From Gammaproteobacteria bacterium (GTDB taxonomy: Bacteria; Pseudomonadota; Gammaproteobacteria; S012-40), in contig CAKKRP010000028.1 in the NCBI GenBank assembly GCA_919902765.1, positions 6,743 to 70,742 of the forward strand: a stretch of 64,000 bases of DNA, given 5' to 3'. Positions within the stretch are counted from its first letter, which is position 1; every line of letters begins with the position of its first letter. This document shows positions 46,952 to 56,447 of this stretch, piece by piece. The notes beneath the pieces were generated by a model that did no database searches, was not told where the DNA came from, and worked only from the letters and a program-made list of their open reading frames with translations. A program made the position numbers and the translations under genes.

Positions 46952-47944
46952 ATGATGCCTGAACGTACCTTAAATAATCCCTACCGTCTGTGTATCGCGC
47001 CTATGATGGACTATACAGACCGGCACGCGCGCTATTTGTTGCGTCTGCTGACCCAACATACGCGTTTATATACTGAAATGATTACCGCCACGGCGATTTT
47101 ACGCGGTGACAGAGACTATTTATTGGAGTTTCACCCCACAGAACATCCCGTTGCCCTGCAATTGGGTGGTAATGACCCACAGATTTTGGCGGAGGCCGCC
47201 CAGATAGGGGAGGCCTATGGTTATGACGAAATTAATCTCAATATCGGCTGCCCCAGCGACCGGGTGCAGGCCGCGCGTTTTGGCGCGTGTTTAATGGCGG
47301 AACCGCAGTTGATCGCCGCATGTGTCGCGACGATACGGCGTCGCGTTTCCATCCCGGTCACCATAAAAACGCGCTTAGGGATAGACGATCAGGATTCCTA
47401 TGAATTCCTGAAGCGGTTTATCTTGCCCGTACATGATGCGGGTTGCGATATATTTATATTGCATGCGCGCAAGGCCTGGTTAATGGGTTTGAGTCCAAAA
47501 GAAAATCGCGAAATTCCGCCCTTGGATTATGCGCGCGCGTATCGACTGAAACAGGAATTCCCTCACTTGACTATCGTAGTCAATGGCGGAATTACCACGT
47601 TAGATCAAACAGATGCGCACCTCGCACGATGCGATGGCGTGATGATAGGACGCGCGGCGTTCGATAACCCCTACTTACTCGCCAGCGTCGATCAACGTAT
47701 ATTTAATGATCGAAAAGCCATCGCCACCCGCGTTGACATCGTCAACGGTTTTATACCTTACATTGAGGCGCAAATCGCCACCGGTGTACCGCTGGCACGG
47801 CTCACACGTCATATGTTGGGCTTGTTTCACAATGTGAAAGGCGGTCGCATTTGGCGACGCGTGCTTTCGGAACAAGCACATAGGCCGCGCGCCAATGTAG
47901 AAGTCATCCGCACCGCCTTAGACAAGGTGGCGGCGACAATTTAG
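46952..47944 (+). CDS. dusA: tRNA-dihydrouridine synthase A
   Basis: Dus TIM-barrel motifs (CIAPMMDYTDRHARYLLR…INLNIGCPS…TIKTRLGID). 330 aa. Confidence 0.9.
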   Translation: MMPERTLNNPYRLCIAPMMDYTDRHARYLLRLLTQHTRLYTEMITATAILRGDRDYLLEFHPTEHPVALQLGGNDPQILAEAAQIGEAYGYDEINLNIGCPSDRVQAARFGACLMAEPQLIAACVATIRRRVSIPVTIKTRLGIDDQDSYEFLKRFILPVHDAGCDIFILHARKAWLMGLSPKENREIPPLDYARAYRLKQEFPHLTIVVNGGITTLDQTDAHLARCDGVMIGRAAFDNPYLLASVDQRIFNDRKAIATRVDIVNGFIPYIEAQIATGVPLARLTRHMLGLFHNVKGGRIWRRVLSEQAHRPRANVEVIRTALDKVAATI

Positions 47945-48084
47945 TTTGCAAACTTTGCGGTTGTGACGCGACGTTACCCCCCGGCGACGCCTATTTAAGT
48001 TAAGTTTTTTCATTTATTGGCGATAACTCCACATAATGAAAACAATCCCTAAACTCTGGAACGGGTTAGGCAGGAGTGTAACCT

Positions 48085-48969
48085 ATGCGCAAAAGCGCAA
48101 AAGATATGGTTAAAAATGTCGCTCAATTGGCGACGTTGCCCGATATTTGCTTACGCGTCAACGAGATCGCTAACGATCCAAAATCTACCGCCAACGATAT
48201 GGGAAAAATTATCGGTCAAGACCCCGCCCTGACCGCGCAAATTCTAAAGGCAGCGAACAGTTCCTATTATAATTCAAACGCCAAGATCGATACCTTGACC
48301 CGTGCGGTGGTGTTACTCGGTTTGCAACAACTGCGTTTTTTGACCGTGAGTATCTGCTCGTTAGATGTCATCGCCAGTTTTAAATTACCCGCCGGTGAAT
48401 TAAAGCGTTTTTGGGAACACAGTTTATACACGGCAATTTGCTCACGTATATTGGCGTCGAAACTGCATGTGCTGAACACCGAACGCTTGTTTGTCATCGG
48501 TTTGTTACATGACATAGGCAAATTGGTCTTTCAACACTCGGCCCCGGAACACTACCGGCGTGCCGCTACTGGTGCCAGCCGGGAGCGTATGCCGCAGTAT
48601 CGCTGGGAACAAGGGACGTTTGGTTTCGACCATGCGGAACTTGGCGCGGAGTTATTGACCCATTGGCGATTGCCGCAAGTGATATGCGACGCAGTGAGGT
48701 TTCATCATGACCCGGAAAGGGCGGGAACCGCGCGCGTAGAAGCAGCACTGGTACACCTCGGGGATGCCATAGCATGGCGCATACAAGGCTCTACAGAGGC
48801 CCAAATAGCGCCGGAAATACATCCCAGTGCCTGGGCGATCACGCGCCTGAATGAACGAATTTTTGACGCCACTGGCGCGCTTGCGCAAAAGCAATTTGCG
48901 GAGGCAATGGAACTCTATAGCGGTTTTACTTCCGAGGCGAGTGTTCGTCAATGGGGGGGGATTGCGTAG
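48085..48969 (+). CDS. HDOD domain signalling protein
   Basis: HDOD motifs (LATLPDICLRVNEIANDPKSTANDMGKIIGQDPALTAQILKAANSSYY…LLHDIGKLVF) with no other output domain. Confidence 0.8.
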   Translation: MRKSAKDMVKNVAQLATLPDICLRVNEIANDPKSTANDMGKIIGQDPALTAQILKAANSSYYNSNAKIDTLTRAVVLLGLQQLRFLTVSICSLDVIASFKLPAGELKRFWEHSLYTAICSRILASKLHVLNTERLFVIGLLHDIGKLVFQHSAPEHYRRAATGASRERMPQYRWEQGTFGFDHAELGAELLTHWRLPQVICDAVRFHHDPERAGTARVEAALVHLGDAIAWRIQGSTEAQIAPEIHPSAWAITRLNERIFDATGALAQKQFAEAMELYSGFTSEASVRQWGGIA

Positions 48970-49174
48970 GGTGAGTACGTTTTGTGTTTTTGACCGAGAC
49001 ATACTAAAGTAAACTGATCATCATCCGACAAACATTCGGAGATGTTTGCATGCAGCGGGCGCGGAACTATGCGGCACATAAATAGGGTATTGGCATGCTC
49101 AAAGCTAGGTTTTGGTTAACCCTGCTTTGCGCGAGTCGATGATGGTTGGTCACCGTTAGGGATGGCGAAACGAC

Positions 49175-50047
49175 GTGGATAGACGTGGCTTTTTAAAGGC
49201 GTTCGCGTTAGGCACCGTGGTCACTAGTTGTTACCGGTTGTCTGCGCATGCGGAAGACGTTCCATTGGAAGATGTTGAAGATAATTCCGAGCTCGATCTG
49301 AGCGGAGATTTTGACGAGCAGTATATTAAGGACTATCTCGAAAAAATTCATAACTACGATAAGGTTCATAAGGACGATCTTTTTGTCAAACCAAGAGATT
49401 TGCGCACGTTGCGCGGCACAGTGCTACGTTTACAGAAGGTGCAGAACTATGTAGGACCCGCCAATTTTGCATTGTTAAGTTTCGATAATTGTCTAAAACA
49501 TGCGGCGCGCGTTTCGCGCATCGGTGAATTTACCAAGTATGAAATCGAATTTTTAGAATCTATCTTTTATACAAACGCCAAGGATTACGGATTTTTCGGC
49601 GAAAAACCCGTTGATAAATTGACCGCCGCGCCGCATTCCGAAGAAGTCGAAAAGATTTCCGGTACCGGCAATTATTTGATGAGAGGCGCGCCGATAAAAC
49701 TCTATAACAAGATACGCAGGGACATTGGTAATTCCGTTATTCTAACGTCAGGCGTACGCGGCGTGATGAAACAAATGCATTTATTCTTGACCAAGACGAT
49801 CGCTTCCGGTGGCAACCTGTCGATGGCGTCGCGGTCATTGGCGCCACCGGGACATTCGTTCCATGGGGTAGGCGATTTCGATGTAGGCAAAGTCGGTTGG
49901 GGGGCGCGTAATTTCACCGAATATTTTGCCGACACCATGGAATACCGGCGGTTGACCGACATGGGCTTCATCAAAATTCGTTACCCTGAAGACAATTTTT
50001 TGGGTGTACGTTTTGAACCCTGGCACATCAAAGTCAACAGTGCATAA
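49175..50047 (+). CDS. Tat-secreted peptidase M15 (VanY-like D-Ala-D-Ala carboxypeptidase family)
   Basis: Twin-arginine signal MDRRGFLKAFALG. The C-terminus has an M15 metal-ligand pattern (…PGHSFHGVGDFDVG…FEPWHIKV). Confidence 0.6.
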   Translation: MDRRGFLKAFALGTVVTSCYRLSAHAEDVPLEDVEDNSELDLSGDFDEQYIKDYLEKIHNYDKVHKDDLFVKPRDLRTLRGTVLRLQKVQNYVGPANFALLSFDNCLKHAARVSRIGEFTKYEIEFLESIFYTNAKDYGFFGEKPVDKLTAAPHSEEVEKISGTGNYLMRGAPIKLYNKIRRDIGNSVILTSGVRGVMKQMHLFLTKTIASGGNLSMASRSLAPPGHSFHGVGDFDVGKVGWGARNFTEYFADTMEYRRLTDMGFIKIRYPEDNFLGVRFEPWHIKVNSA

Positions 50048-50670
50048 TTATGCAATTGCCAAAAAATAGTAGTCGCTAAGATGTCTTCTATGGTCTAATC
50101 CCCCCCTTTGTCCCTCTAACGTTAATATCTCGCAAGTTGTGACAGCCGCTGTGTTTTAGTGTCAACCGCTAGGCTGTTACCCCGTTACAGGTTGTCGGGA
50201 GGGCACGACAATGACCTTGGATAGCGTAAACCTACGTTGCATTGATTTATTTTTCCGCCCGCGCGTGCAGGCATTGCATTGGCCGGTAGACTTATTTTGG
50301 CGATTACCGGACCATGCGCGCCGTGACGCCAATGTACTGCGCGAACCCAGCGTAAATTTATTTGAGCTTGAGGTGTTGCTCTCGACTGCGGCAAATGTGC
50401 CGTCGTTGTGCGCGCAATTTTTGGACCTGCATATGCCCAATCGTGGCGAATTTATACGCCTATCAATGCGGCGGGGTAGAATACCGATGTTGAGTCCGGC
50501 GTGCGCGGCAGCACTCCAAGCCGCTGCGTAAGTTTAACCCAAATTTCCCAATCCTCAGTGCGCCGTAACGGCGCACGCCCGCTTGCTGGCACGCCTCGGT
50601 TTGGTGCATCAGCACCTGTCCCCACGCATTAATATTGCGTAAATAACTGATTATTATATATATTTTAGGA

Positions 50671-50684
50671 TGGCACGTAAGCTG
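50671..50684 (+). promoter_or_regulatory. Putative sigma-54 (-24/-12) promoter upstream of narK-like gene
   Basis: TGGCAC-gtaag-CTGCT fits the GG-N10-GC sigma-54 consensus (TGGCAC-N5-TTGCW). It lies about 35 nt upstream of the transporter start codon. Confidence 0.5.
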
Positions 50685-50716
50685 CTGATAGCCTTCGACG
50701 GCAGCGTGCCGGAAGC

Positions 50717-52006
50717 GTGTCGAGAGCAGTTATGAATTTTCGTGAATTTAAACAAGCGGGCCATTGGCCCACCTTACTAGCCGCGTTTTTATATTTTGAT
50801 GTGAGTTTTATGGTGTGGGTGGTATTAGGCCCGCTGTCACTTTATGTCAGTCAAGATTTGGCGTTGAGTATTGAAGAAAAATTTACGATAGTGGCGGTGC
50901 CGATACTCGCAGGTGCATTGTTGCGTATGCCACTGGGTTTTCTCGCAGATCACATAGGGCCAAAACGCACCGGTATTGCAGCGCAGTCTATCGTTATTGC
51001 AGGAATGGCCTACGCCTGGATTTTTGGTTTGCATTCCAAGGTCGAGGTGGAATTATTGGGTATTGTTTTAGGTGTGGCAGGCGCAAGTTTCGCAGTAGCG
51101 CTGCCACAAGCCTCGCGGTGGTATCCGCCTAAATATCAAGGGGCGGTCATGGGTATCGCGGGTGCCGGAAATATGGGCGTCGTGCTCGATTCGATGTTTG
51201 TACCGTGGATGGCGGAACATTGGGGTTGGCAATCCGTGTTTGGTATATTGATTATCCCGTTAGCAATAGTACTCGGCCTATATAGTTTGATGGCCAAAGA
51301 TGCGCCTCAGTCACGCGCGCCGGTATCGTTAAAAAATTATGCTGTAGTGTTGCAAGATCGCGATACTTGGTGGTTTATGTTTTTTTATTCCATCACGTTC
51401 GGTGGCTTCGTGGGCCTAGGGAATGCGTTGCCGATTTATTTCACCCATTGGTATCACGCATCTGGAATCACGGCGGGGCTATTGGCCGCCTGCGTGGTAC
51501 TGGCGGGTTCGATGGCGCGGCCCGTCGGTGGGGTCGTCGCGGATCGTTTTGGCGGTATACGTACGCTACAGATTTTATTTGTGTTCATCGCATGCACCTA
51601 TGGTGCAGTAGCGCTGCTGCCGCAAGGACCTGCGCCCACGATGCTGGATGGCGCAAAGGTTGCGGGCTGGACGTTAGCGGAATTGCCCGCGATTGCATGG
51701 ATTGCAATGACAATATTTTTATTGGGCGCGACCGCGTTAGGGATGGGCAACGGATCGGTGTTTCAATTGGTGCCGTTGCGATTTCGCAACGAAATCGGCG
51801 TCATGACGGGCCTGGTCGGTGCCGCAGGCGGAATCGGAGGCTTTTTTCTGGCCAAGTCCTTAGGACTATCGAAAGGCATAACCGGGGGATTTACGGCCGG
51901 ATTTTCGATATTTGCCGGGCTCGCAATCATCGGGCTCGTTGGCTTGGTAGTCGTTAAAACGCGTTGGCGCACTACGTGGGGCGCGGTGTCAGGTGCGCGC
52001 GTGTGA
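50717..52006 (+). CDS. narK: MFS nitrate/nitrite transporter (NNP family, NarK/NasA-like)
   Basis: 12-TM MFS protein with glycine-rich nitrate/nitrite porter signature regions (…GIAGAGNMGVV…, …GLVGAAGGIGGFF…). First gene of the nitrate assimilation cluster. Confidence 0.85.
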   Translation: MSRAVMNFREFKQAGHWPTLLAAFLYFDVSFMVWVVLGPLSLYVSQDLALSIEEKFTIVAVPILAGALLRMPLGFLADHIGPKRTGIAAQSIVIAGMAYAWIFGLHSKVEVELLGIVLGVAGASFAVALPQASRWYPPKYQGAVMGIAGAGNMGVVLDSMFVPWMAEHWGWQSVFGILIIPLAIVLGLYSLMAKDAPQSRAPVSLKNYAVVLQDRDTWWFMFFYSITFGGFVGLGNALPIYFTHWYHASGITAGLLAACVVLAGSMARPVGGVVADRFGGIRTLQILFVFIACTYGAVALLPQGPAPTMLDGAKVAGWTLAELPAIAWIAMTIFLLGATALGMGNGSVFQLVPLRFRNEIGVMTGLVGAAGGIGGFFLAKSLGLSKGITGGFTAGFSIFAGLAIIGLVGLVVVKTRWRTTWGAVSGARV

Positions 52007-52043
52007 CGAATGAAATGCCAACGAAATATTATCATATGTACCA

Positions 52044-53759
52044 TTGATGATGACCCAATCCGCAATGGAAGTTCGTGTCGGCTTTTTAACTGAGGCAGGG
52101 CGGCGACCCAGCAACGACGATTTTATTTTGGCTGCAATGGGAGAAAACTCCCTGCTTGCCGACGTTGTGGTTTCGATCGCGGACGGCACGGGTGGAAGCC
52201 CGGAGGGGAGGATGGCGGCAGAAACCGCCGTACGCGGATTTTTAGACGCCTACCTCCACCAACCAAAAACCCTCAGCGTAGAACGCGCCGCCGCCAATGC
52301 GTTAAATTGCATGAATAATTGGCTATATGCGCAAGGTCGTAGCGGCCACCATCGCGAAGGATTGGTAACGACATTCACCGCATTAATTTTACGCGCACGC
52401 GAAGCGCATATTGTGCATGTCGGCGATACGCGTATTTATCGCTTGCGTGGCGAACGCCTGGCGCGTTTAACGCAGGATCACACCCATCCGCATCCCGATT
52501 TACATCATGTGTTGGTGCGCGCAGTGGGGATGGAAGATCAAGTGCGTGCGGACTATCAGCGCCATTCATTGGAGGCGCACGATAGATTTTTATTGTGTAC
52601 CGACGGCGTACACGCGGCATTGAACGAGGGAAAAATATGCGCCCTTATGGCGATGCGCGGCACCCCGCAAGAAGACGCGGCGCGTATTGTCGAGTCCGCG
52701 CTAGCAGCGAGTGGACAAGACAACGCCACGGCGTTGGTATTGGATATTTTGGCCTTACCTTCTGCGTTACATAGAGACATCGAATCGTCATTAGCGGAAT
52801 TACCCATCGCGGAGTTACCGCAGGCCGGAGAAATCACTGATGGCTATCGGTTGTTGTCCGCAATCTCAAATGGACGCTATAGCCGATTATTCCATGCGTT
52901 AGATACAAAAAATTCTAATCGCGAAGTGGCGCTGAAATTCCCACATCCACGAGTGGCGCAAGATGCAATTTATAGAAGTGCATTTACGCGCGAATCGTGG
53001 GTGGCCTCTCAAGTGCAAAGTCCGTATCTCGCGGAAGTAATCGAACCGGAACCGGGCCGCCGTACGCGTTTATACGTGGTAATGCCGTTTTATCGCGGTG
53101 AAACGTTAGAATGTAGACTAAAACGTCAACCTGCGGTGAGCTTGGTCGAAGGAGTGGATATTGCGATCAAATTATCTAAGGCGATCTACGCGCTCAATCG
53201 TAGGCGAATCATACACCGCGATATTAAACCGGAAAATATTTTATTGGAACTAGGCGCTGCGGGCGCAAGTGGTTTACGCTTGATCGATTTGGGGGTGGCG
53301 CGTCTGCCCGACGTAAACGCTGACGGCGATGTAGTTCCGGGTACGCCCAGTTACATGGCGCCCGAGTTGATTCTTGGACAAGCCGGTGATGAATTCTCTG
53401 AGGTATACGCGCTAGGTGTTAGTTTGTATCGCATGTGGAGCGGTGGTGAATATCCGTACGGAGAAATAGAACCCTTCTCTACGCCACGCTATACAAAACG
53501 TGTTGCGCTGGCGCGTTACCGTCCTGATCTTCCCGCGTGGCTTGATCAAGTGTTAGCGCGCGCAACCGCAGTTGATCCCGCACAACGCTATGCCGACACC
53601 ATGGAATTCGCATTTGAATTGGAAAACGCGGCGCTCAAAGGGGCGCAATTACGCGTGCGGCACAGCCCCTTAATAGAACGCGATCCGGTGCGATTTTGGC
53701 AGGTGATTTCTGCAATTTTATTGTTAATGTTGATTCTAGCATTGGCGTTCCACAGTTGA
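52044..53759 (+). CDS. PP2C-type Ser/Thr phosphatase fused to Hanks-type Ser/Thr protein kinase, C-terminal TM anchor
   Basis: N-terminal PP2C motifs (GRRPSNDD, ADGTGGS, VGDTRIY, LTQDH, CTDGV, QDNATALV). The C-terminal kinase carries VALKF, HRDIKPENILL, IDLGVAR and GTPSYMAPE. The terminal hydrophobic helix is FWQVISAILLLMLILALAF. Confidence 0.8.
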   Translation: MMMTQSAMEVRVGFLTEAGRRPSNDDFILAAMGENSLLADVVVSIADGTGGSPEGRMAAETAVRGFLDAYLHQPKTLSVERAAANALNCMNNWLYAQGRSGHHREGLVTTFTALILRAREAHIVHVGDTRIYRLRGERLARLTQDHTHPHPDLHHVLVRAVGMEDQVRADYQRHSLEAHDRFLLCTDGVHAALNEGKICALMAMRGTPQEDAARIVESALAASGQDNATALVLDILALPSALHRDIESSLAELPIAELPQAGEITDGYRLLSAISNGRYSRLFHALDTKNSNREVALKFPHPRVAQDAIYRSAFTRESWVASQVQSPYLAEVIEPEPGRRTRLYVVMPFYRGETLECRLKRQPAVSLVEGVDIAIKLSKAIYALNRRRIIHRDIKPENILLELGAAGASGLRLIDLGVARLPDVNADGDVVPGTPSYMAPELILGQAGDEFSEVYALGVSLYRMWSGGEYPYGEIEPFSTPRYTKRVALARYRPDLPAWLDQVLARATAVDPAQRYADTMEFAFELENAALKGAQLRVRHSPLIERDPVRFWQVISAILLLMLILALAFHS

Positions 53760-53798
53760 ATTCAACTGCTATACACCATTGACTCCAGTGCCGGAGAT

Positions 53799-53815
53799 TG
53801 CACCATAGTGGTGCA
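53799..53815 (+). promoter_or_regulatory. NtrC (NR-I) binding site
   Basis: Perfect palindrome TGCACCA-tag-TGGTGCA, which is the NtrC consensus TGCACCA-N3-TGGTGCA. It lies about 120 bp upstream of a sigma-54 promoter. Confidence 0.65.
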
Positions 53816-53935
53816 TAGGCCTGGAAAGCGCTCCCCGCTGTTGTGCATGTAACTTGTTAAGTGGAATTCGATTAAGCATTGACAATCGCACATAACATAT
53901 TGTTAAATATCGTTATTATGACATTTAATGCAGTT

Positions 53936-53950
53936 TGGCATGGAGCTTGC
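53936..53950 (+). promoter_or_regulatory. Sigma-54 promoter for nirBD-nasA
   Basis: TGGCAT-ggagc-TTGC matches the -24 GG / -12 GC spacing of sigma-54 promoters. It lies about 45 nt upstream of the nirB GTG start, which has a GGAGGTGG SD. Confidence 0.6.
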
Positions 53951-53993
53951 CGAGTGACTACTAATAGGCGCTTGGTGCCGACGGAGGTGGAAC

Positions 53994-56447
53994 GTGCAAG
54001 AGCAATTGGTTTTGGTCGGTAATGGTATGGCGGGTGTGCGTACATTGGAAGAATTATTAAAAATTGCGCCTGATAAATATGCTATCACGGTGTTTGGTGC
54101 GGAATGTTACGGAAATTACAATCGCATTTTGTTATCACCGGTGCTCGCCGGAGAAAAAAACGTCGATGACATCATGTTGAATGATGAACAATGGTATGTA
54201 GACAATAAAATAACCTTGCACAAAGGCAAGACCATTACACATATTGACCGGCGCAAACGTATCGTCGTCGCGGACGACGGCACCACCGCGCATTATGATC
54301 GCTTACTGCTAGCGACAGGCTCCGATCCCTTCATTTTGCCGATTCCGGGCAGCCACCTGCCCGGCGTAATCAGTTTCCGCGATTTGCATGACGTAGAAAT
54401 TATGTTGGAAACATCGCGCAATTATAAACACGCGGTCGTTATCGGGGGCGGATTGTTAGGATTGGAAGCCGCCAACGGCCTGCGCAAACAAGGTATGAGC
54501 GTAACCGTCGTGCATATTCATGGCCATTTGATGGAACGCCAACTCGATTATGCGGCCGCTAGCCTATTAAAAAAAGCCATGGAACAAGACGGCATACGCT
54601 TTTTTTTAGAAAAAAATACGGCTGCTATTTTAGGACAGGAACGTGTCACCGGAATCCAATTCAAAGATGACCAGCGCATAGATGCAGACCTCGTGGTCAT
54701 GGCGGCCGGTATACGCCCGAATATACGTTTGGCAAAATCGGTGGGCCTGCAATGCGATAAAGGTGTATTGGTCAATGACACGATGCAAACCTTCGACCCC
54801 CGCATTTACGCGGTCGGCGAGTGCGTACAACATAGGGGCAGTACCTACGGATTGGTCGCACCTTTGTTCGAGCAAGCAAAGGTGTGTGCAAATCATTTAG
54901 CAGCCTACGGTATCGCGCGTTACGAAGGTAGCGTGACATCTACGAAGTTAAAAGTGACCGGTATCGAAGTGTTTTCCGCCGGAAATTTCCATAGCACGGA
55001 TAAAGACGACGAAATCGTGTTTACCGATGGCGCGCGCGGTATTTATAAAAAAATAGTACTACGCAACAATAAAATTCAAGGCGCGGTACTCTATGGTGAC
55101 ACCATGGACGGCGCTTGGTACTTCCAACTTATGCGTGAAAAGGCGGATGTTGCGCACATGCGCGACAATATCTTGTTCGGTCAAGCGCATCTAGGAGACG
55201 CCGGGCATGGCGATGAAAAACAACACGTCAACGCCTTGCCCGCGAATGCCGAGATTTGCGGCTGTAACGGCGTATGTAAAGGCACCATAGTTGACGCCAT
55301 TATCAATAAAAAACTGTTTACCTTGGATGAAGTGCGCGCGCACACCAAGGCATCTAGTTCTTGTGGTTCATGCACGGGATTGGTGGAATCGTTGTTAGCG
55401 GCTACGGTGGGCGGAGACTATTCAGCCAATCCCAAAAAGAAACCGTTGTGTCATTGTACCGATTACGCGCATGATGAAGTGCGCACGCTCATCGACAAGC
55501 GCGGGTTGAAATCTATGGATACCGCCATGCGTTCGATGGATTGGAAAACGCCGGACGGATGCCATGTGTGTCGGCCGGCCTTAAATTTCTATTTGCTCGC
55601 GCGATGGCCTGCGGAATATCAAGATGATGCGCAATCGCGCTTGGTCAACGAGCGTATGCACGCGAATATTCAAAAAGATGGAACATACTCCGTGGTGCCG
55701 CGCATATGGGGCGGTGTGACCAATCCTGCCGAACTGCGTGCGATTGCGGATGTCGCGGAAAAATATCAAATCCCGTCGGTGAAAATTACCGGGGGGCAAC
55801 GTATAGATCTGCTGGGGGTGACCAAGGAACAACTGCCCGCCGTATGGGCGGATTTGACCGAGGCGGGATTCGTATCCGGTCATGCCTATGGAAAATCCCT
55901 GCGCACCGTAAAAACATGTGTGGGCTCGGAATGGTGCCGTTACGGTACGCAGGATTCCACGGGCATGGGTGTCAAATTGGAAAAACTTACGTGGGGATCG
56001 TGGACGCCCCACAAATTCAAAATGGCCGTTTCCGGTTGTCCGCGCAATTGCGCTGAAGCCACCATAAAAGATTTTGGCGTGGTCGCGGTGGATTCGGGTT
56101 GGGAGCTACATGTAGGCGGTAACGGCGGTGTGAAAGTGCGTGCGACCGATTTCTTGTGTAAGGTGAATAGCGAGGCCGAGGTGATGGAATATGCTGCGGC
56201 CTTCATGCAGCTTTATCGTGAAGACGCCCGTTATTTGGAACGCACCGCGCCGTGGATAGAACGTGTGGGCCTTGCCTATGTAAAGCAACACATCGTCGAA
56301 AATGAGATTCGACGCAAACAATTGTATGAAAGTTTTAAAGACTCGCAACGCGCAGCGCAACACGACCCGTGGGCGCGTTTAAGCGCCGGTAACCATGCCG
56401 AGGGGTTCAAGACGTTAACAATGTCGAATCAAGAGGAGGTCGCGTGA
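53994..56447 (+). CDS. nirB: Assimilatory nitrite reductase [NAD(P)H] large subunit
   Basis: N-terminal FAD/NAD Rossmann fold (LVLVGNGMAGVRTLEEL), a BFD-like 2Fe-2S region, and a siroheme/4Fe-4S sulfite-nitrite reductase domain (…TCVGSEWCRYG…SGCPRNCAEA…). 817 aa. Confidence 0.95.
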   Translation: MQEQLVLVGNGMAGVRTLEELLKIAPDKYAITVFGAECYGNYNRILLSPVLAGEKNVDDIMLNDEQWYVDNKITLHKGKTITHIDRRKRIVVADDGTTAHYDRLLLATGSDPFILPIPGSHLPGVISFRDLHDVEIMLETSRNYKHAVVIGGGLLGLEAANGLRKQGMSVTVVHIHGHLMERQLDYAAASLLKKAMEQDGIRFFLEKNTAAILGQERVTGIQFKDDQRIDADLVVMAAGIRPNIRLAKSVGLQCDKGVLVNDTMQTFDPRIYAVGECVQHRGSTYGLVAPLFEQAKVCANHLAAYGIARYEGSVTSTKLKVTGIEVFSAGNFHSTDKDDEIVFTDGARGIYKKIVLRNNKIQGAVLYGDTMDGAWYFQLMREKADVAHMRDNILFGQAHLGDAGHGDEKQHVNALPANAEICGCNGVCKGTIVDAIINKKLFTLDEVRAHTKASSSCGSCTGLVESLLAATVGGDYSANPKKKPLCHCTDYAHDEVRTLIDKRGLKSMDTAMRSMDWKTPDGCHVCRPALNFYLLARWPAEYQDDAQSRLVNERMHANIQKDGTYSVVPRIWGGVTNPAELRAIADVAEKYQIPSVKITGGQRIDLLGVTKEQLPAVWADLTEAGFVSGHAYGKSLRTVKTCVGSEWCRYGTQDSTGMGVKLEKLTWGSWTPHKFKMAVSGCPRNCAEATIKDFGVVAVDSGWELHVGGNGGVKVRATDFLCKVNSEAEVMEYAAAFMQLYREDARYLERTAPWIERVGLAYVKQHIVENEIRRKQLYESFKDSQRAAQHDPWARLSAGNHAEGFKTLTMSNQEEVA

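Noticed and set aside
50602-50616. TGGTGCAtcaGCACC as an NtrC site
   Set aside because: The half-sites are in tail-to-tail order, not the canonical TGCACCA-N3-TGGTGCA palindrome. It is kept only as an unexplained inverted repeat in the narK-leader finding.
51367-51957. 196-aa plus-strand ORF in an alternative frame of narK
   Set aside because: The Arg-rich out-of-frame translation has no features. The narK frame gives a continuous 12-TM MFS protein.
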